From Lama glama (Eukaryota): a stretch of DNA of 64,000 nucleotides. Shown here one piece after another: positions 62,181 through 64,000 of this stretch (position 1 is the first letter of the stretch; each line of letters starts with the position of its first letter). The notes below the pieces were generated by a model, which did no database searches, was not told the DNA's origin, and saw only the letters and a list, made by a program, of their open reading frames with translations. The stretch lies in assembly GCA_028534125.1 (NCBI GenBank), contig CM052816.1:98520001-98584000 (forward strand), in the 5' to 3' direction. Both the position numbers and the translations under genes were made by a program.

Positions 62181-64000
62181 ACATATTCCTTTTTTAATTT
62201 TTTTGTTTTATTTAATAAACAATAATTTCTGCAAGACTAAATGTTTCTCTGCAACATCATGATAAGTCAACCTTGTTACATTTAGGTTGTCCATATTTCT
62301 TTATTGTCAAGAGCATCATAATAAACACACTTCTAGTTTAATGAGTGAAATTACCTACAGCTATTTCTCAGAATAACTTCCTAGAACTAAATTACTGAGT
62401 CCAAGGATATGCAGAATGCCCAGACTTTGGTAACAGACAGCTGTTACCAATTTCCATTCTAGAAACTCTCTGCTGGTGTACCCTCTCTCTAGACTAGAAA
62501 AGCCAGCTCAGTTCCTGTACTCCATTATCTTTTTGCCCCAGGTGGACCCCAAAGATAAGTGTCTTTTTTTTTTAATCTTCAACTTAGTTGAATACCAACT
62601 CTCCTTCTCAGTTTCAAAATTCATTTTAAATTGGAAAATGTAACACTCCCTTTTTCTTTCTCTGGCTCAGGGATTAGAAAGGCCAGCTCCCTTGAAAAAG
62701 CCCAAAAACCCCCTTCCTCATGTCCTGGGCCAGCAAGGGCTGAGCTGCAGCATGACTGCCGCCTGGCTGTTGACTCCACCGAATACAACTGAAGTGACAG
62801 TTGGCCTCCTGCATCTCCGCTGAGCAATACTGCTGCTCAGTAATAGCCTGTAGGACAGAGATGATGGGTTAGTAATGAACGGTCAGAACTGCTCGGCATA
62901 AGTCAAGTTACTAGTCTCAGCTGGAGTATCCTGGCAAAGCATCCGTCTCAAGCCCACTGGGCAGGGACGATGCAGCAGAGAGGAAGAACGCCTCATTTGG
63001 CACAAGAGACAACCCTTTCTTTCTGGACCCCTGAGAAAAGCAATGCTGACAATTCCTCCTCCGTGGCTGCACCTCATCCAAGTCGCATGGCTGTGAAGTT
63101 TTACTGAGATGGAAACAGCTTCCTTTGCCAAAGAACTCAGAGTGGCGATTACTGAACAGAATGCAGAGAAAAAGAGAAGCCGGGCTGGGGCAGCTGCAGT
63201 GCAGAACAGGAAAGACAGTAAACCCTCTTGGCTCTAAATCTCTTTGATTCTGAGATGCCTGTTGCAGCTCAGAGGCTGCCAACAAAGTTTCCTCACCAAG
63301 GGCCTTTCACTGACCAGAAAGCCTTTAAATATTCCCTTTTTTTATAAGCACTAAAGCACAGAAGAGTAAAAGTGTCAAGAAACTTCTTATGTAATTGAGT
63401 CATGAACAACCCAAATTAAAAATTGACCAAGTTTGGACTGAGCTGGGAGAAGGGACTTCCAGCATGCCTGCCACCACTCCCCAGCCCAGCGCCTGCCCAG
63501 GCATCACCAGTTGACAAACAAACACCTTCTGGGTGAGCTGGTCCTTCTCTGCAGCACGCCAGCGAGCCAGAGCCGTCATTCGGAGTGGACACATGAGAGG
63601 AGTCCAGTTGGCCGTGTCAAGGTGAGACGCTGCCCTCTCCAGGTCTATAGGGTCGAATCTCTCCTTTTCTTTTGGTCCTTGTCCCTCTCCCCTCATACCT
63701 CTCCCCCAGAAAGAAATACAAAAGAATAAGAGAGAAGATGAGGGAGGAGCTGGAGAGCCTAGCACATTTTCTTGGCATGGTTACCCTGCTGCGGTTGCAG
63801 GTGGGGCTATGCTCAGTAGGTGCATCTGAAGGGAAGGGATGTTTTCCATCCAGAAGGAGGACCATCCACTTAAGTCACCTTGGCACTTTTGCTTGAGGGG
63901 TATAGGTTCTGGCCATCAGTGCCAGGGACTTCAGTCAGTACCAAGGACATTTCAGAGCTCAGAGCTTCCGGAGTTTGCATTTATTTCCATGCTCTTTAAA

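Noticed and set aside
1..64000. CRISPR array, operon or other prokaryotic/viral defence-type system
   Set aside because: No regularly spaced repeats or gene-dense segments; the sequence is typical mammalian repeat-rich non-coding DNA.

Overview
Mammalian genomic DNA, most likely camelid, judged from four copies of a tRNA-Ala-derived vic-1-like SINE. I can support no protein-coding gene, intact RNA gene, CRISPR array or prokaryote-type system. The ORF-track entries are chance ORFs, decayed transposon fragments or read-through of a 500-N assembly gap (59719-60218). Much of the window is old interspersed repeats: L1 pieces of several ages, L2, MIR, MLT1/LTR16/MER21/MER31-type LTRs and MER2/MER5/MER20 DNA elements. 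The most notable structures are: (i) a nearly complete hAT-Blackjack-type transposon fossil (13596-18331) split by nested L1 and MLT1 insertions; (ii) an internally deleted ERVL/LTR16 provirus with both LTRs and a dUTPase-region relic (30518-32033); (iii) a 5'-inverted (twin-primed) L1 (52738-53590); (iv) a CpG island with no recognisable gene (~7570-8660); and (v) several repeat-free, motif-rich candidate enhancers. Repeat family names come from recalled consensus sequences, not a database search, and boundaries are approximate. I found no convincing evidence for a previously undescribed biological system.
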